This document shows positions 28,049-38,330 of a DNA stretch of 64,000 nt, one piece after another. Position 1 is the first letter of the stretch. Each line of letters begins with the position of its first letter. Under the pieces are notes generated by a model that saw nothing but the letters and a program-made list of their open reading frames with translations, was not told the DNA's origin and did not search any database. A program made the translations under genes and the position numbers. The stretch comes from Halarcobacter sp. (GTDB lineage: Bacteria > Campylobacterota > Campylobacteria > Campylobacterales > Arcobacteraceae), in contig OY781089.1 in NCBI GenBank assembly GCA_963676565.1, positions 2,688,001-2,752,000 of the forward strand. Reading direction: 5' to 3'.

Positions 28049-30319
28049 ATGAGTGAACATAAAGATTTCTTACGTGTTATAGTTGAAGAAGATTTAAAAG
28101 AAAATAAATATCAAGAAGTTATAACAAGATTTCCCCCTGAACCTAATGGTTTTCCACATATTGGACACGCTAAATCTATTTGTATCAACTTTGGTATTGC
28201 AAGGGACTATAATGGTTTTTGTAATCTTAGAATGGATGATACAAACCCAACAACAGAAGATACTAAATATGTTGAAGCATTAAAAGATGCAGTTGAATGG
28301 CTTGGCTTTGAATATAAAGATGAAGTTAAATATACATCAGATTATTTCCCAAAAATTTATGAATATGCAGTTGAATTAATTAAAATGGGAAAAGCATATG
28401 TTGATAGTATTACTGAAGAGGAAATGAAAGAATTTAGAGGTACAGTTACACAAGCAGGAAGAAGAAGTGAATTTGCTTCAAGAACTATAGAAGAGAACCT
28501 TGATTTATTTGAAAGAATGAAAAATGGTGAATTTAAAGATGGGGAACATGTATTAAGGGCAAAAATTGATATGTCAGCTCCTAATATGAAAATGAGAGAT
28601 CCACTTTTATATAGAATTAGACATGCCCATCACTTTAGAACACAAGATGAATGGTGTATATATCCTATGTATGACTTTGCGCACTGTTTAAGTGATTATA
28701 TAGAAGGAGTAACACACTCTATTTGTACTTTAGAATTTGAAAACAATAGAGATATTTATGATTGGGTTTTAGATGAATTAAACCTTACTCCACCAAGGCC
28801 CTATCAACATGAATTTGCAAGATTAGGAATTAACTATACAGTAATGAGTAAAAGAAAACTTCTTGAACTTGTAAATGGAAACTATGTTAGTGGTTGGGAT
28901 GATCCAAGGATGCCTACAATTGCAGGATTAAAAAGAAGAGGATATACTAAAGACTCTATAATCAATTTCTGCGATCAAATAGGTATTGCAAAAGCAAATT
29001 CACAGGTTGATGTTTCACAATTAGAGTTTTGTATTAGAGATGATTTAAATACTAAAGCACCTAGAGTTATGTGTGTATTAGACCCTATAAAAGTTACTAT
29101 AACTAATTATGAGGGAAGTGAAGATATTGAAGCTTCATATTATCCCCATGATGTACCAAAAGAGGGTTCAAGAAAAATTCCTTTTTCAAAAACTGTTTAT
29201 ATAGAAAGAGAAGATTTTTCTGAAAATCCAGTAAAGGGTTATAATAGATTAACTCCAAATCAAGCAGTTAGATTAAGACATGCATATATTATTACATGTG
29301 AAGAGATTATCAAAGATGAAGATGGAAATATTATTGAAATAAAAGCTCTTTACAATCCAAATTCTAAAAGTGGAAATGATACAAGTGGTATTAAAGTTAA
29401 AAGTGCTATTCAATGGGTAGATGCAAATACTTGTAAAAAAATTGAAGTAAGACTTTATGATAGATTATATAAAAATGAAGCTCCAGAGGATTTAGATGAT
29501 TTAAATCCAAACTCTTTATCTATAATTAAAGATGCGTTAATTGAACCAGCTGTTATTACAGACAAAGTTGATGAAAGATTTCAATTTGAAAGACAAGGTT
29601 ATTTTTATGCTGATCCAATAGATTATACTGATGAAGCACCAGTATTTAACAAAATTGTTGGATTAAAAGATTCTTGGGCTAAAAAAACAAAAACGCAAGA
29701 AAAACCAGAAGAAGAAATTGAAAAGAAACAAGAAGTAGTAAAAAAAGAGATTGTCCATGGTGAGGCTCAAGCAATGACGGGCGAACAACAATCTTTATTT
29801 ACTATGTATACAAGTGAACTTGAACTAAATAATGAGGTGTCAAATATTTTAGCAAGGGATGAAAATTTATCATTTTTCTTTGAAGAGGGATTACTTTTAA
29901 TTAATAGTCCAACAACTTTGGCAAATATTGTTGCGAATGATATTGCAAAAGAGTTAAAAGATAAAGATGTAGATGAATTAAAATTTACAGCAACAGAAAT
30001 AGCTGAACTTGTAAAGATGATAGATGAAGAAACTATTTCAACAAAAATTGCAAAACAAGTTTTTGAAGAGATGGTAAAAACAGGTGAAACCCCATCAAAA
30101 ATAGTAAAAGAAAAAGGTCTTGTGCAAATTAGTAATCCAGAGGTTTTACTTCCAATTATTGATGAAGTGATTGAAAACAACCCAGAAAATGTTGAAAAAT
30201 ATAAAAATGGGAACCAAAAACTTTTTGGATTTTTTGTTGGTCAAGTTATTAAAGCAACTCAAGGAAAAGCAAATCCAAAAATTGTAAATGAACTTGTTAC
30301 AAAACAATTAAACTCTTAA
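28049..30319 (+). CDS. glnS: glutamine--tRNA ligase with C-terminal GatB/YqeY domain
   Basis: TRFPPEPNG.PHIGH, VMSKRKL, QFERQGYF; C-terminal GLVQIS...FFVGQVIKATQGKANP. Confidence 0.96.
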   Translation: MSEHKDFLRVIVEEDLKENKYQEVITRFPPEPNGFPHIGHAKSICINFGIARDYNGFCNLRMDDTNPTTEDTKYVEALKDAVEWLGFEYKDEVKYTSDYFPKIYEYAVELIKMGKAYVDSITEEEMKEFRGTVTQAGRRSEFASRTIEENLDLFERMKNGEFKDGEHVLRAKIDMSAPNMKMRDPLLYRIRHAHHFRTQDEWCIYPMYDFAHCLSDYIEGVTHSICTLEFENNRDIYDWVLDELNLTPPRPYQHEFARLGINYTVMSKRKLLELVNGNYVSGWDDPRMPTIAGLKRRGYTKDSIINFCDQIGIAKANSQVDVSQLEFCIRDDLNTKAPRVMCVLDPIKVTITNYEGSEDIEASYYPHDVPKEGSRKIPFSKTVYIEREDFSENPVKGYNRLTPNQAVRLRHAYIITCEEIIKDEDGNIIEIKALYNPNSKSGNDTSGIKVKSAIQWVDANTCKKIEVRLYDRLYKNEAPEDLDDLNPNSLSIIKDALIEPAVITDKVDERFQFERQGYFYADPIDYTDEAPVFNKIVGLKDSWAKKTKTQEKPEEEIEKKQEVVKKEIVHGEAQAMTGEQQSLFTMYTSELELNNEVSNILARDENLSFFFEEGLLLINSPTTLANIVANDIAKELKDKDVDELKFTATEIAELVKMIDEETISTKIAKQVFEEMVKTGETPSKIVKEKGLVQISNPEVLLPIIDEVIENNPENVEKYKNGNQKLFGFFVGQVIKATQGKANPKIVNELVTKQLNS

Positions 30320-30324
30320 AAATA

Positions 30325-30349
30325 AAGAAAAGCTTTTTTAGCTTTTCTT
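30325..30349 (+). terminator. intrinsic terminator after glnS
   Basis: AAGAAAAGCT-5nt-AGCTTTTCTT. Confidence 0.7.
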
Positions 30350-30406
30350 AGCACTTCACAATAAATTTACTAATTTCGCTTATAATAAATAAAAATAGGA
30401 TTAATC

Positions 30407-31126
30407 ATGAATAATGTTGGATTAAAAGAAAAAAGTATAATTTTTTCAATCTTTATTTTTGTAATTTATCTTTCATATACACAAATAAATAAAGAGAAGA
30501 AAAAAGAAAAAATTATTAAAGAAGAAGCAAAAAAAGTTCAGATAAAAACCTCACATAAAAAAGAACAATTTAAAAAGATTTTTGTACCTGCAATTACAAA
30601 AGTTTATACAAAAAGATATAAATATTTTCAAGAAATAAAAGCTTTAACTAAAACAAATCCTTTTGATGAAAAGCTTACAAAACTAAAAGAAAAATATGAT
30701 TTAGATACAAATGAAGAACTTTTAATTGTTTTAAAACCTCATCCAATAAGTATAGCACTATCGCAAGCTGCAATTGAAAGTGCTTGGGGTACATCAAGAT
30801 TTTTTAAAGAAGCAAATAATATTTTTGGAGTTTGGTCTTTTAACAAAAATGAACCAAGGATTGCTGCAAATATAAAAAGGGAAGAACAAACAATATATTT
30901 AAAAAAATTCAATACAATTGAAGATGCAATAAATCAATACTATAATATGCTTTCTACAAAAAAAATATACTTTGATTTTAAAAAAGAAAACTATTACAAT
31001 AACGATGTTTTAGCCATTGCTAAAAAACTTGACAAATACTCAGAACAAGGTGAAATCTATACTGAAAAAATAATAGCAGTTTTAAACTATAACAAATTTC
31101 AAAATTATGATAAAATATTAGAATAA
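30407..31126 (+). CDS. glucosaminidase-domain (Bax-like, GH73) protein
   Basis: QAAIESAWGTSRF..EANNIFG. Confidence 0.88.
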   Translation: MNNVGLKEKSIIFSIFIFVIYLSYTQINKEKKKEKIIKEEAKKVQIKTSHKKEQFKKIFVPAITKVYTKRYKYFQEIKALTKTNPFDEKLTKLKEKYDLDTNEELLIVLKPHPISIALSQAAIESAWGTSRFFKEANNIFGVWSFNKNEPRIAANIKREEQTIYLKKFNTIEDAINQYYNMLSTKKIYFDFKKENYYNNDVLAIAKKLDKYSEQGEIYTEKIIAVLNYNKFQNYDKILE

Positions 31127-31152
31127 ATTTGTTAAATTATTAAGGACTTTAA

Positions 31153-31596
31153 TTGGAAAAAATTATTGTAGGTAGAAAAGAAAAAATCTCTATACTTAAC
31201 TTAGAACTTTTTGAATTAGATGCAAAAGTTGATACTGGTGCCGATTCTAATGCATTACATTGTGATAATATAAAAATTGATGAAGAAAATAACCTTGTGA
31301 CATTTTGTTTACTTGATGAAGTTCATCCTTCTTACCATGGAAAAACAATCACTTATCCTATTTATAAAATGAAGAAAGTGAAAAGTTCAAATGGACAATT
31401 ACAAATAAGACCATCAATAAAAGTTGAAGTTGAGTTTTTTAACAAAACTTATAAAAGTGTGATTTCATTAACCAATAGACAAGATATGAAGTTTCCAATG
31501 CTTATTGGAAGAAAATTTTTAGATGGTAAGTGTTTAGTTGATGTGTCAGAAGAATATTTAAGTGAAAAAAATAAAAAAAAGGATAAATCTTGTTAG
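31153..31596 (+). CDS. RimK-associated retropepsin-like protease (RimB/'ATP-dependent zinc protease' family)
   Basis: [18 protein letters not shown] start. Confidence 0.9.
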   Translation: MEKIIVGRKEKISILNLELFELDAKVDTGADSNALHCDNIKIDEENNLVTFCLLDEVHPSYHGKTITYPIYKMKKVKSSNGQLQIRPSIKVEVEFFNKTYKSVISLTNRQDMKFPMLIGRKFLDGKCLVDVSEEYLSEKNKKKDKSC

Positions 31597-32534
31597 TTTA
31601 TGTATTATCAAGGAATGAAAATCTATATTCAACGAAAAGATTAGTTGAAGCAGGAAAGCAAAGAGGTTGGAGAATTGAAGTTATAGATTTTTTAAAATGC
31701 TCTATTGAGATTATGAAAGGTGAATTATATATTAACTATAAAGGTAAATCTTTACCAAAACCTGATGCAATTATTCCAAGAATTGGAGCAAGTAGAACTT
31801 TTTATGGAACTGCTATAGTAAGACACTTTGAAGTTATGGATGTATTTTCAACTTCAGGAAGTTTAGCAATAAATAGAAGTAGAGATAAACTAAGAAGTTT
31901 ACAAGTTCTTTCAAAAAGAGGTGTAGATATGCCTAAAACAGTTTTTGCTTCTAATAAATCAAGTGCAAAAGATGTTATTGCCTTAAGTGGTGGGGCACCA
32001 TTAGTTTTAAAAATTCTAGAAGGAACTCAAGGTGTTGGTGTAGTTTTAGTTGATAGTGAAAAAGCAGCGAAATCTGTACTTGACGCTTTTTATGGGATGG
32101 AAGTAAACTTACTTGTTCAAGAGTTTATTGAAGAAGCAGGAGGAGCTGACATAAGAGCTTTTGTTGTTGATGGAGAAGTTGTTGGAGCTATGAAAAGACA
32201 GGGTGCAGAAGGTGATTTTAGATCAAATCTTCACCAAGGTGGAACTGCAAAATTACATAAATTAACGAGAAAAGAGAAATCAACTGCCCTTGCAGCTGCA
32301 AAAGCTATGGGATTGGGTGTTTGTGGAGTTGATATGATTCCATCAAAAAGAGGTCCTTTGGTTATGGAAGTAAACTCTTCACCAGGATTAGAAGGGATAG
32401 AAAAAGCAACTCAAATTGATATAGCAAGTAAAATCATGGATTATATTGAAAAAAATGTAACTACAAGAGATGAAAATAATGAACTTGTTAAAAAAACAAC
32501 TAGAAAAGCAAAAAAAGATAATATTGGAGTATAA
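31590..32534 (+). CDS. rimK: RimK family alpha-L-glutamate ligase
   Basis: [46 protein letters not shown] start. Confidence 0.95.
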   Translation: MLVYVLSRNENLYSTKRLVEAGKQRGWRIEVIDFLKCSIEIMKGELYINYKGKSLPKPDAIIPRIGASRTFYGTAIVRHFEVMDVFSTSGSLAINRSRDKLRSLQVLSKRGVDMPKTVFASNKSSAKDVIALSGGAPLVLKILEGTQGVGVVLVDSEKAAKSVLDAFYGMEVNLLVQEFIEEAGGADIRAFVVDGEVVGAMKRQGAEGDFRSNLHQGGTAKLHKLTRKEKSTALAAAKAMGLGVCGVDMIPSKRGPLVMEVNSSPGLEGIEKATQIDIASKIMDYIEKNVTTRDENNELVKKTTRKAKKDNIGV

Positions 32535-32537
32535 ATA

Positions 32538-33584
32538 TTGGATGATGTACTAATTATTGGTGGAGAAGAGATAAAAAAAGGTGAAAACAAAAATATAGAT
32601 ATAGAACTACCTAGTTTGTACAATACTCCCTCTACTTTAAGAGTTAATGTCATTAGAGGAAGAAGAAGTGGTCCTACAGTTTTTGTAAGTGCTGCTATTC
32701 ATGGGGATGAGATTAATGGAATAGAAATAATTAGAAGATTAAAAAAACTAAATATCCTAAAAAGATTAAAAGGAACATTGATATTAGTTCCTGTTGTAAA
32801 TGTATATGGATTAGTAACCTTATCAAGATATCTTCCTGATAGAAGAGATTTAAATAGATCATTTCCAGGGAACGAAACAGGTTCACTAGCTGGAAGAATT
32901 GCAAAAATATTTTTTAAAGAGATAGTATTGAATTCAGATTTAGGGATTGATTTACATACAGGAGCAATTCATAGATCTAACTTACCACAAGTTAGAACTG
33001 ATATAAAAAATGAATTTACTTATAATTTAGCAAAAGCCTTTGAAGCACCTGTTGTTTTACACTCAAGCCTAAGAGATGGATCTTTAAGATCTCAAGCAAT
33101 GGAAAAAGGCAAACCAATCTTGCTATATGAAGCAGGAGAGGCTCTAAGGTTTGATGAAACAAGTATAAGAATTGGTGTGAAAGGTATTGTGAATGTTCTT
33201 AGAAAAATGGAAATGCTTGCACCATCAAGTAAAAAAAGTAAAATAAGAATACCTGTAATTGCAAAAAAATCAACTTGGACAAGAGCAACTCAAAGTGGTT
33301 TATTACGTTCAGTAAAATCATTAGGCGATACAGTTGAAAAAGGTGAGATTATTGCATATATAAATGAACCTTTAGAGGATGAAGGAGATACAGTTATAGC
33401 TCCTTTTGATGGAATTATTATTGGAAGAAGTGAACTTCCACTTGTGCAAGAAGGTGATGCAACATTTCATATTGCACAGTTTGATGACCTTGAAAAAGCA
33501 GAAAACAAAATAGAGTATTTTAGTGAAGAGGTTATTGAAAGAAGTGAGTTTCAAGAATTAAATGAAGAACAAATGATTGAATAG
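32538..33584 (+). CDS. succinylglutamate desuccinylase/aspartoacylase (M14) family protein
   Basis: HGDEING, DLNRSFPG, IDLHTG, YEAGE; TTG start. Confidence 0.92.
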   Translation: MDDVLIIGGEEIKKGENKNIDIELPSLYNTPSTLRVNVIRGRRSGPTVFVSAAIHGDEINGIEIIRRLKKLNILKRLKGTLILVPVVNVYGLVTLSRYLPDRRDLNRSFPGNETGSLAGRIAKIFFKEIVLNSDLGIDLHTGAIHRSNLPQVRTDIKNEFTYNLAKAFEAPVVLHSSLRDGSLRSQAMEKGKPILLYEAGEALRFDETSIRIGVKGIVNVLRKMEMLAPSSKKSKIRIPVIAKKSTWTRATQSGLLRSVKSLGDTVEKGEIIAYINEPLEDEGDTVIAPFDGIIIGRSELPLVQEGDATFHIAQFDDLEKAENKIEYFSEEVIERSEFQELNEEQMIE

Positions 33585-33592
33585 GAAAATTA

Positions 33593-34636
33593 TTGACTCA
33601 ATTTTATGATATTTTAAAACAGCTACTTAGAGTTCCAAGTGTAGTTGGTGCAGAACACCCTTTTCTTATATATTTAAAAAGGGAATTGGAAGAACTAGAA
33701 TTAGAAGTTGAATTTTATGATGGTTTATTAGTTGCAAAAGGTTCAAATCCAGAATCTGGATATTTATCAGCCCATGCTGATAGACATGGACTTATTTGTA
33801 CAGGGAAAAATGAGTTCCAATATGCTGCATTTTTAGCTAAAAACCAAACAAATATAAAAGAACAATCGATACAAGCAGATGAATTATTAAAAAACTTTAC
33901 AAAAAGATTTGTGGATGAAAAAGTTCAAGCTTATGAACCATATAGTGGAAGTTACATGGGAATGGGAACTATTAAAGAAACTTACCTTTGTGAAAGAAGA
34001 GAAAATATCATCTTTAAAATAGATGGATTAAGTCATATTCATCCAGGAACTCCAATTGCCTTTATGGATAAACTATCTATTAAAGAAGATACTATTTATG
34101 CCCAATTAGATAATACAATTAGTGTTGCAAGTATATTATATCTTTACCAAAAAGGCTACCAAGGAACTGCATTTTTTACTGCAAGTGAAGAGGCAGGTAT
34201 GAGTTGGATTTATCTACTTGATTATTTTAAAAAATATGACTTAAGTACAAATGAACTATTAGTTTTAGATACAAGTCCATATAAAACAAAAGAGGAAATT
34301 GACCTTTTAGATATTGTATTAAGAAATAGAGATCAAAATGGATATTTCAAATCTCCATTAAAACAAAAAATTAAAAGAATAGCTATTGAAAGAGGGATAA
34401 AATACCATTATAAAGATGAGTATTTAAAAAGTTTACACAATCAAAATAACCCAAATAATACAAAAGCTAAACTTGGGATTACAGAGCTTGGAAGAATAAT
34501 AAAAGCCTCTAAAGGGAGTGTGCAAGGTACAACCTTACAAATTCCAACAATTGGTTATCATACTTCAAATGAAACAGCTAATAAAAAATCAATCAAACTA
34601 TTTATTGAAGTGCTAAAAAAGGTTTATAATTTATAA
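33593..34636 (+). CDS. M20/M42 family metallopeptidase
   Basis: SAHADRHG, QLDN, EEAG, GYHT; TTG start. Confidence 0.85.
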   Translation: MTQFYDILKQLLRVPSVVGAEHPFLIYLKRELEELELEVEFYDGLLVAKGSNPESGYLSAHADRHGLICTGKNEFQYAAFLAKNQTNIKEQSIQADELLKNFTKRFVDEKVQAYEPYSGSYMGMGTIKETYLCERRENIIFKIDGLSHIHPGTPIAFMDKLSIKEDTIYAQLDNTISVASILYLYQKGYQGTAFFTASEEAGMSWIYLLDYFKKYDLSTNELLVLDTSPYKTKEEIDLLDIVLRNRDQNGYFKSPLKQKIKRIAIERGIKYHYKDEYLKSLHNQNNPNNTKAKLGITELGRIIKASKGSVQGTTLQIPTIGYHTSNETANKKSIKLFIEVLKKVYNL

Positions 34637-34653
34637 ACCTCTTTTAGGCTTTT

Positions 34654-34989
34654 TTATTTGAAGTCATTTTCATAAATAAATTCAGATATCTCTTCTAATG
34701 TGGTTTTATCAAAGGTTAGCTCTGGCATAAGCTCATATTTTTCTATAGCATCCATCATCAAAGAAGTATTTGCATCTGGTTTTAAAACCCAATTACTCAT
34801 ATACTCTACAAAATCTTCTTTTAGGGGAAAAGCTTCTATATATCTTTTTTTTACCTCTTGAATTGTGGGTGCTGATTTATTTAAGTTATCAACACTATGG
34901 CAAGTTACACAATTACCATTAAATAGCAATTCTTTATAATTACAAAAACTACTTGTAAAAATAAGTGATATTATAAAAAAATATTTCAT
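34654..34989 (-). CDS. monoheme cytochrome c
   Basis: Signal peptide, CVTCH, LMP. Confidence 0.9.
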   Translation of the reverse strand: MKYFFIISLIFTSSFCNYKELLFNGNCVTCHSVDNLNKSAPTIQEVKKRYIEAFPLKEDFVEYMSNWVLKPDANTSLMMDAIEKYELMPELTFDKTTLEEISEFIYENDFK

Positions 34990-34990
34990 A

Positions 34991-36883
34991 TCAATCTAAA
35001 ACGTTAATCCACTCTTGAAAACTTGCATCACTTGGCATTCGCCAATCTGCTCTTGGGCTTAGACTAATAGTTCCAACCTTTACACCATCAGGCATTGCAT
35101 TTCTTTTAAACTGTTGAGTAAAAAATCTTTTTACAAAAATATCAAACCATTTTTTTATCTCTTCCTCTGAATACTCATCAAAAGCGTGAGAAGCTAAAAA
35201 CAATATTTTTGAAGGTTTAGCTCCATATCTAATAAAATGATATAAAAAGAAATCATGAAGTTCATATGGTCCAATTATACTTTCAGTCTCCTGTGAAATT
35301 TTATCACTATCATGGGGTAAAAGCTCAGGTGAAATTGGTGTATTCAAGATATCTATTAAAACATCTTTTATATCTTCCATATAAGTAAAATACTCAACCA
35401 AATATGAAATTAAAGTTTTTGGAATTCCACTATTAAGTGAGTACATACTCATATGATCACCATTATAAGTGCACCAACCAAGGGCTATCTCACTTAAATC
35501 GCCAGTTCCAATTACTATTGCACCCTCTTTGTTTGCTAAGTTCATAAGTATAGCGGTTCTAGCCCTTGCTTGAACATTTTCATAGGTTACATCATGGATA
35601 TTTTTATCATGCCCTATTGCTTCAAACTCTTTTAAACTAACATCACTAATTGGTATCTCTTTTATAGTTACACCTAAAGATTCACATAGTTTTATTGCAT
35701 TTGACTTTGTTCTACTTGTTGTTCCAAAGCCAGGCATAGTAATAGCGATAATACCTTTAACATCAAGATTTAATATCTCAAAAGCTTTATATGTAGCAAG
35801 TAGTGCTAAAGTTGAATCTAGTCCACCTGAAATACCAATTACCACTTTTTTGCAATTAATATGACTTAATCTTTTTATTAAACCATGGGCTTGAATATTT
35901 GTAATCTCTTCACAAACCTCTTTTTTAATCTTTTCATCACTTGGCACAAAAGGATGTTTATCTATAAATCTATTTAGTTTAGATATTCTAACTGTTGATT
36001 CAAATTTTATTATTCTAACATCACTTGGAATACTATCTCCAAAATAAGACTCATGGTTTCGTAACCAAATAAGTTTTTCTAAATCAACATCTGCTCTAAT
36101 TGTTTGATTTTCCAAACAAAATCTTTCACTTTTAGCTAAAATTGAACCATATTCACAAATTAGTGCATCCCCACTAAAAATAGTATCACTACTTGATTCC
36201 CCTACTCCACATGAGCTATAAATATATGCACAAACCAATCTTGCACTTTGGGTTTTTACTAACTCTTGTCTATATGAAGATTTTCCAACCAGTTCATTTG
36301 AAGCAGATAGATTAAAAATCATATTGGCACCATTTATTGCCATTTGATTACTTGGGGGTAAAATTGACCATAAATCTTCACATACTTCTATTCCAAAGGT
36401 AATATCATTTTCATCAGAAAATAATAAATCAACCCCAAAAGGAATCTCTTGAGAAAGTAATTTTAATGTCTTTAATTTTAGACGAAGACCCGATTGAAAA
36501 TATCTTTTTTCATAAAACTCATTTTTATTTGGAAGGTAACTTTTTGGAACTATTCCTAAGATTTTTCCATTTTGAATAACTGCCGCACAATTATATAATC
36601 TGTGTTCAAAAGAAACTACTATTCCCACAATTGCAATAGTTGAAATGCCAATAGATTTTTTTACTAATTTTTCTAAGGCATTATTTTGAGATTCAAGTAA
36701 GTTTTGATTTAAAAAAAGATCACCTACTGTATATCCTGTAATACATAGTTCAGGGAAAAGTACAATTGAAGTTTCATTTTCTGATTCTTGTTTAAAAATA
36801 TCAATAATCTCTTCAATATTTTTACTACTGTTTGCAATTTGAACTTTTGGGACACTAGCAGCGATTCTATAAAAACCATACAT
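34991..36883 (-). CDS. nadE: glutamine-dependent NAD+ synthetase
   Basis: Nitrilase domain (FPEL, VCEDLW) plus GISGGLDS, ENVQARAR, QQFKR. Confidence 0.96.
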   Translation of the reverse strand: MYGFYRIAASVPKVQIANSSKNIEEIIDIFKQESENETSIVLFPELCITGYTVGDLFLNQNLLESQNNALEKLVKKSIGISTIAIVGIVVSFEHRLYNCAAVIQNGKILGIVPKSYLPNKNEFYEKRYFQSGLRLKLKTLKLLSQEIPFGVDLLFSDENDITFGIEVCEDLWSILPPSNQMAINGANMIFNLSASNELVGKSSYRQELVKTQSARLVCAYIYSSCGVGESSSDTIFSGDALICEYGSILAKSERFCLENQTIRADVDLEKLIWLRNHESYFGDSIPSDVRIIKFESTVRISKLNRFIDKHPFVPSDEKIKKEVCEEITNIQAHGLIKRLSHINCKKVVIGISGGLDSTLALLATYKAFEILNLDVKGIIAITMPGFGTTSRTKSNAIKLCESLGVTIKEIPISDVSLKEFEAIGHDKNIHDVTYENVQARARTAILMNLANKEGAIVIGTGDLSEIALGWCTYNGDHMSMYSLNSGIPKTLISYLVEYFTYMEDIKDVLIDILNTPISPELLPHDSDKISQETESIIGPYELHDFFLYHFIRYGAKPSKILFLASHAFDEYSEEEIKKWFDIFVKRFFTQQFKRNAMPDGVKVGTISLSPRADWRMPSDASFQEWINVLD

Positions 36884-37003
36884 ATTAATTACTCTTTTAT
36901 TTTATTTTGTAAATATGATTATAGCCTTTGTTATTTTAATTAACGTAAAAGCGTAGGTTTTAACTTTAAGATAGTGTTAATGTTTATTATATATAATATT
37001 ATT

Positions 37004-37017
37004 CGAACAAATGTTCG
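37004..37017. promoter_or_regulatory. palindromic operator CGAACAAATGTTCG
   Basis: 6-2-6 inverted repeat 6 nt downstream of TATAAT (36992-36997), at the predicted transcription start. Confidence 0.6.
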
Positions 37018-37020
37018 TAT

Positions 37021-37150
37021 AAAGTTGGTGGAGATTATTTAACTAGTACTCCTTAAATTATATTTAGTATATTTCCCATTAACTTTTTATTTTAGGGTTG
37101 CTTTTTATAGTTTTCATATGGTTATCAAACTCTTTGCAATCCTAATTTTT
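37021..37150 (+). ncRNA. candidate sRNA or structured leader with anti-SD loop
   Basis: Stem 37021-37031/37076-37086 with ACTCCTT in the loop; second stem TTAGGGTTGC/GCAATCCTAA followed by a T run. Confidence 0.35.
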
Positions 37151-37167
37151 AGTGTTTAAGGGTATAA

Positions 37168-38310
37168 ATGAATAACAATAAGTCTTATCTGATTATTATA
37201 TTATCAATACTATCAGCTATTGCACCTATTTCTATTGCCACATACCTTCCTTCTATGCCTACAATGGCGGAACACTACAAAGTTAATATATCTGACATAG
37301 AATTAAGTTTATCTATTTTTATGTTTGGATTTTCATTAGGACAGATTTTTGGAGGACCCTTTTCAGATGCAAAAGGAAGAAGATTCTCTTCACTTGTTGG
37401 TCTTTTAGGTTACTCATTTTTTAGTTTTTTAATTACATCTTCAACATCAGTTTATGAATTATGGATATATCGATTCCTAGAAGCATTTTTTGGTGGTTTG
37501 ATTATAGTTAATGCTGCTGCAATTATTAGAGATTTATACAAAGGTAAAGAAGCAGCTAAATATTTTTCTATTCTAGGAAGTTTGAGAACAATAGTTCCTA
37601 TGTTAGCCCCTGCTCTTGGGGCTTTAATTCTATTTTTCTTTACTTGGGAAAAGATATTTATCTTTTTAGGACTTTACTCTATGTTAGTTGCTTTTTTAAT
37701 ATTTAAAGATTTTGAAGAAACATATACTTACTCTAAAAAAAATATTATCCAATCATATTTAATTGTGTTATCCAATAAAAAAGCGATGATAATGATGTTT
37801 GTTCTTGCACTAGGATTTTCTGCTATGTTTTCTATTGTCACCAAATCTTCATTTATATACATCGAATATTTAGGCTTAAGTGTCAATCAATTTGCCTTTT
37901 TTCAAGGCCTTAATTTTGTATTTTTTATGTTAATTGCTGCACTAAATGTAAAATTTTTAAATTATTTTAAACCCAAAAAGATACTTCAATTTGCAATAGT
38001 CACACAAATTATACTTGCATTTCTATTTTTAGTGTTAAATGATTATATAGGATTTATTTTAGTGATATTTTTTATTGTAAGTTATATCTCAATGAATGGT
38101 TTGATTTATGGAAATGCAACAGCACTTATTATGGAAAACTTTCCACAAAATGCAGGTGTAGCTTCTGCTTTAATTGGAGTTTTACAATATGGAACTGCAT
38201 CAATTATCTCATCAATAATTGTTAGTTTTCATTCAAATAGCTTAATTTCTGTAGCACTTGGAATGTTATTTATTTCAAGTGGAGCATTTCTAGTACTAAA
38301 AAAATATTAA
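37168..38310 (+). CDS. Bcr/CflA (DHA1) MFS efflux transporter
   Basis: TYLPSMP, GQIFGGPFSDAKGRR, NAGVASA. Confidence 0.9.
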   Translation: MNNNKSYLIIILSILSAIAPISIATYLPSMPTMAEHYKVNISDIELSLSIFMFGFSLGQIFGGPFSDAKGRRFSSLVGLLGYSFFSFLITSSTSVYELWIYRFLEAFFGGLIIVNAAAIIRDLYKGKEAAKYFSILGSLRTIVPMLAPALGALILFFFTWEKIFIFLGLYSMLVAFLIFKDFEETYTYSKKNIIQSYLIVLSNKKAMIMMFVLALGFSAMFSIVTKSSFIYIEYLGLSVNQFAFFQGLNFVFFMLIAALNVKFLNYFKPKKILQFAIVTQIILAFLFLVLNDYIGFILVIFFIVSYISMNGLIYGNATALIMENFPQNAGVASALIGVLQYGTASIISSIIVSFHSNSLISVALGMLFISSGAFLVLKKY

Positions 38311-38330
38311 ATTAAAGAAAGGATAAAAAA

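Noticed and set aside
37004..37017. Match to the Gram-positive LexA (Cheo) box CGAAC-N4-GTTCG
   Set aside because: The downstream genes are efflux and aromatic genes, not repair genes, and the lineage is wrong; a local regulator is more parsimonious
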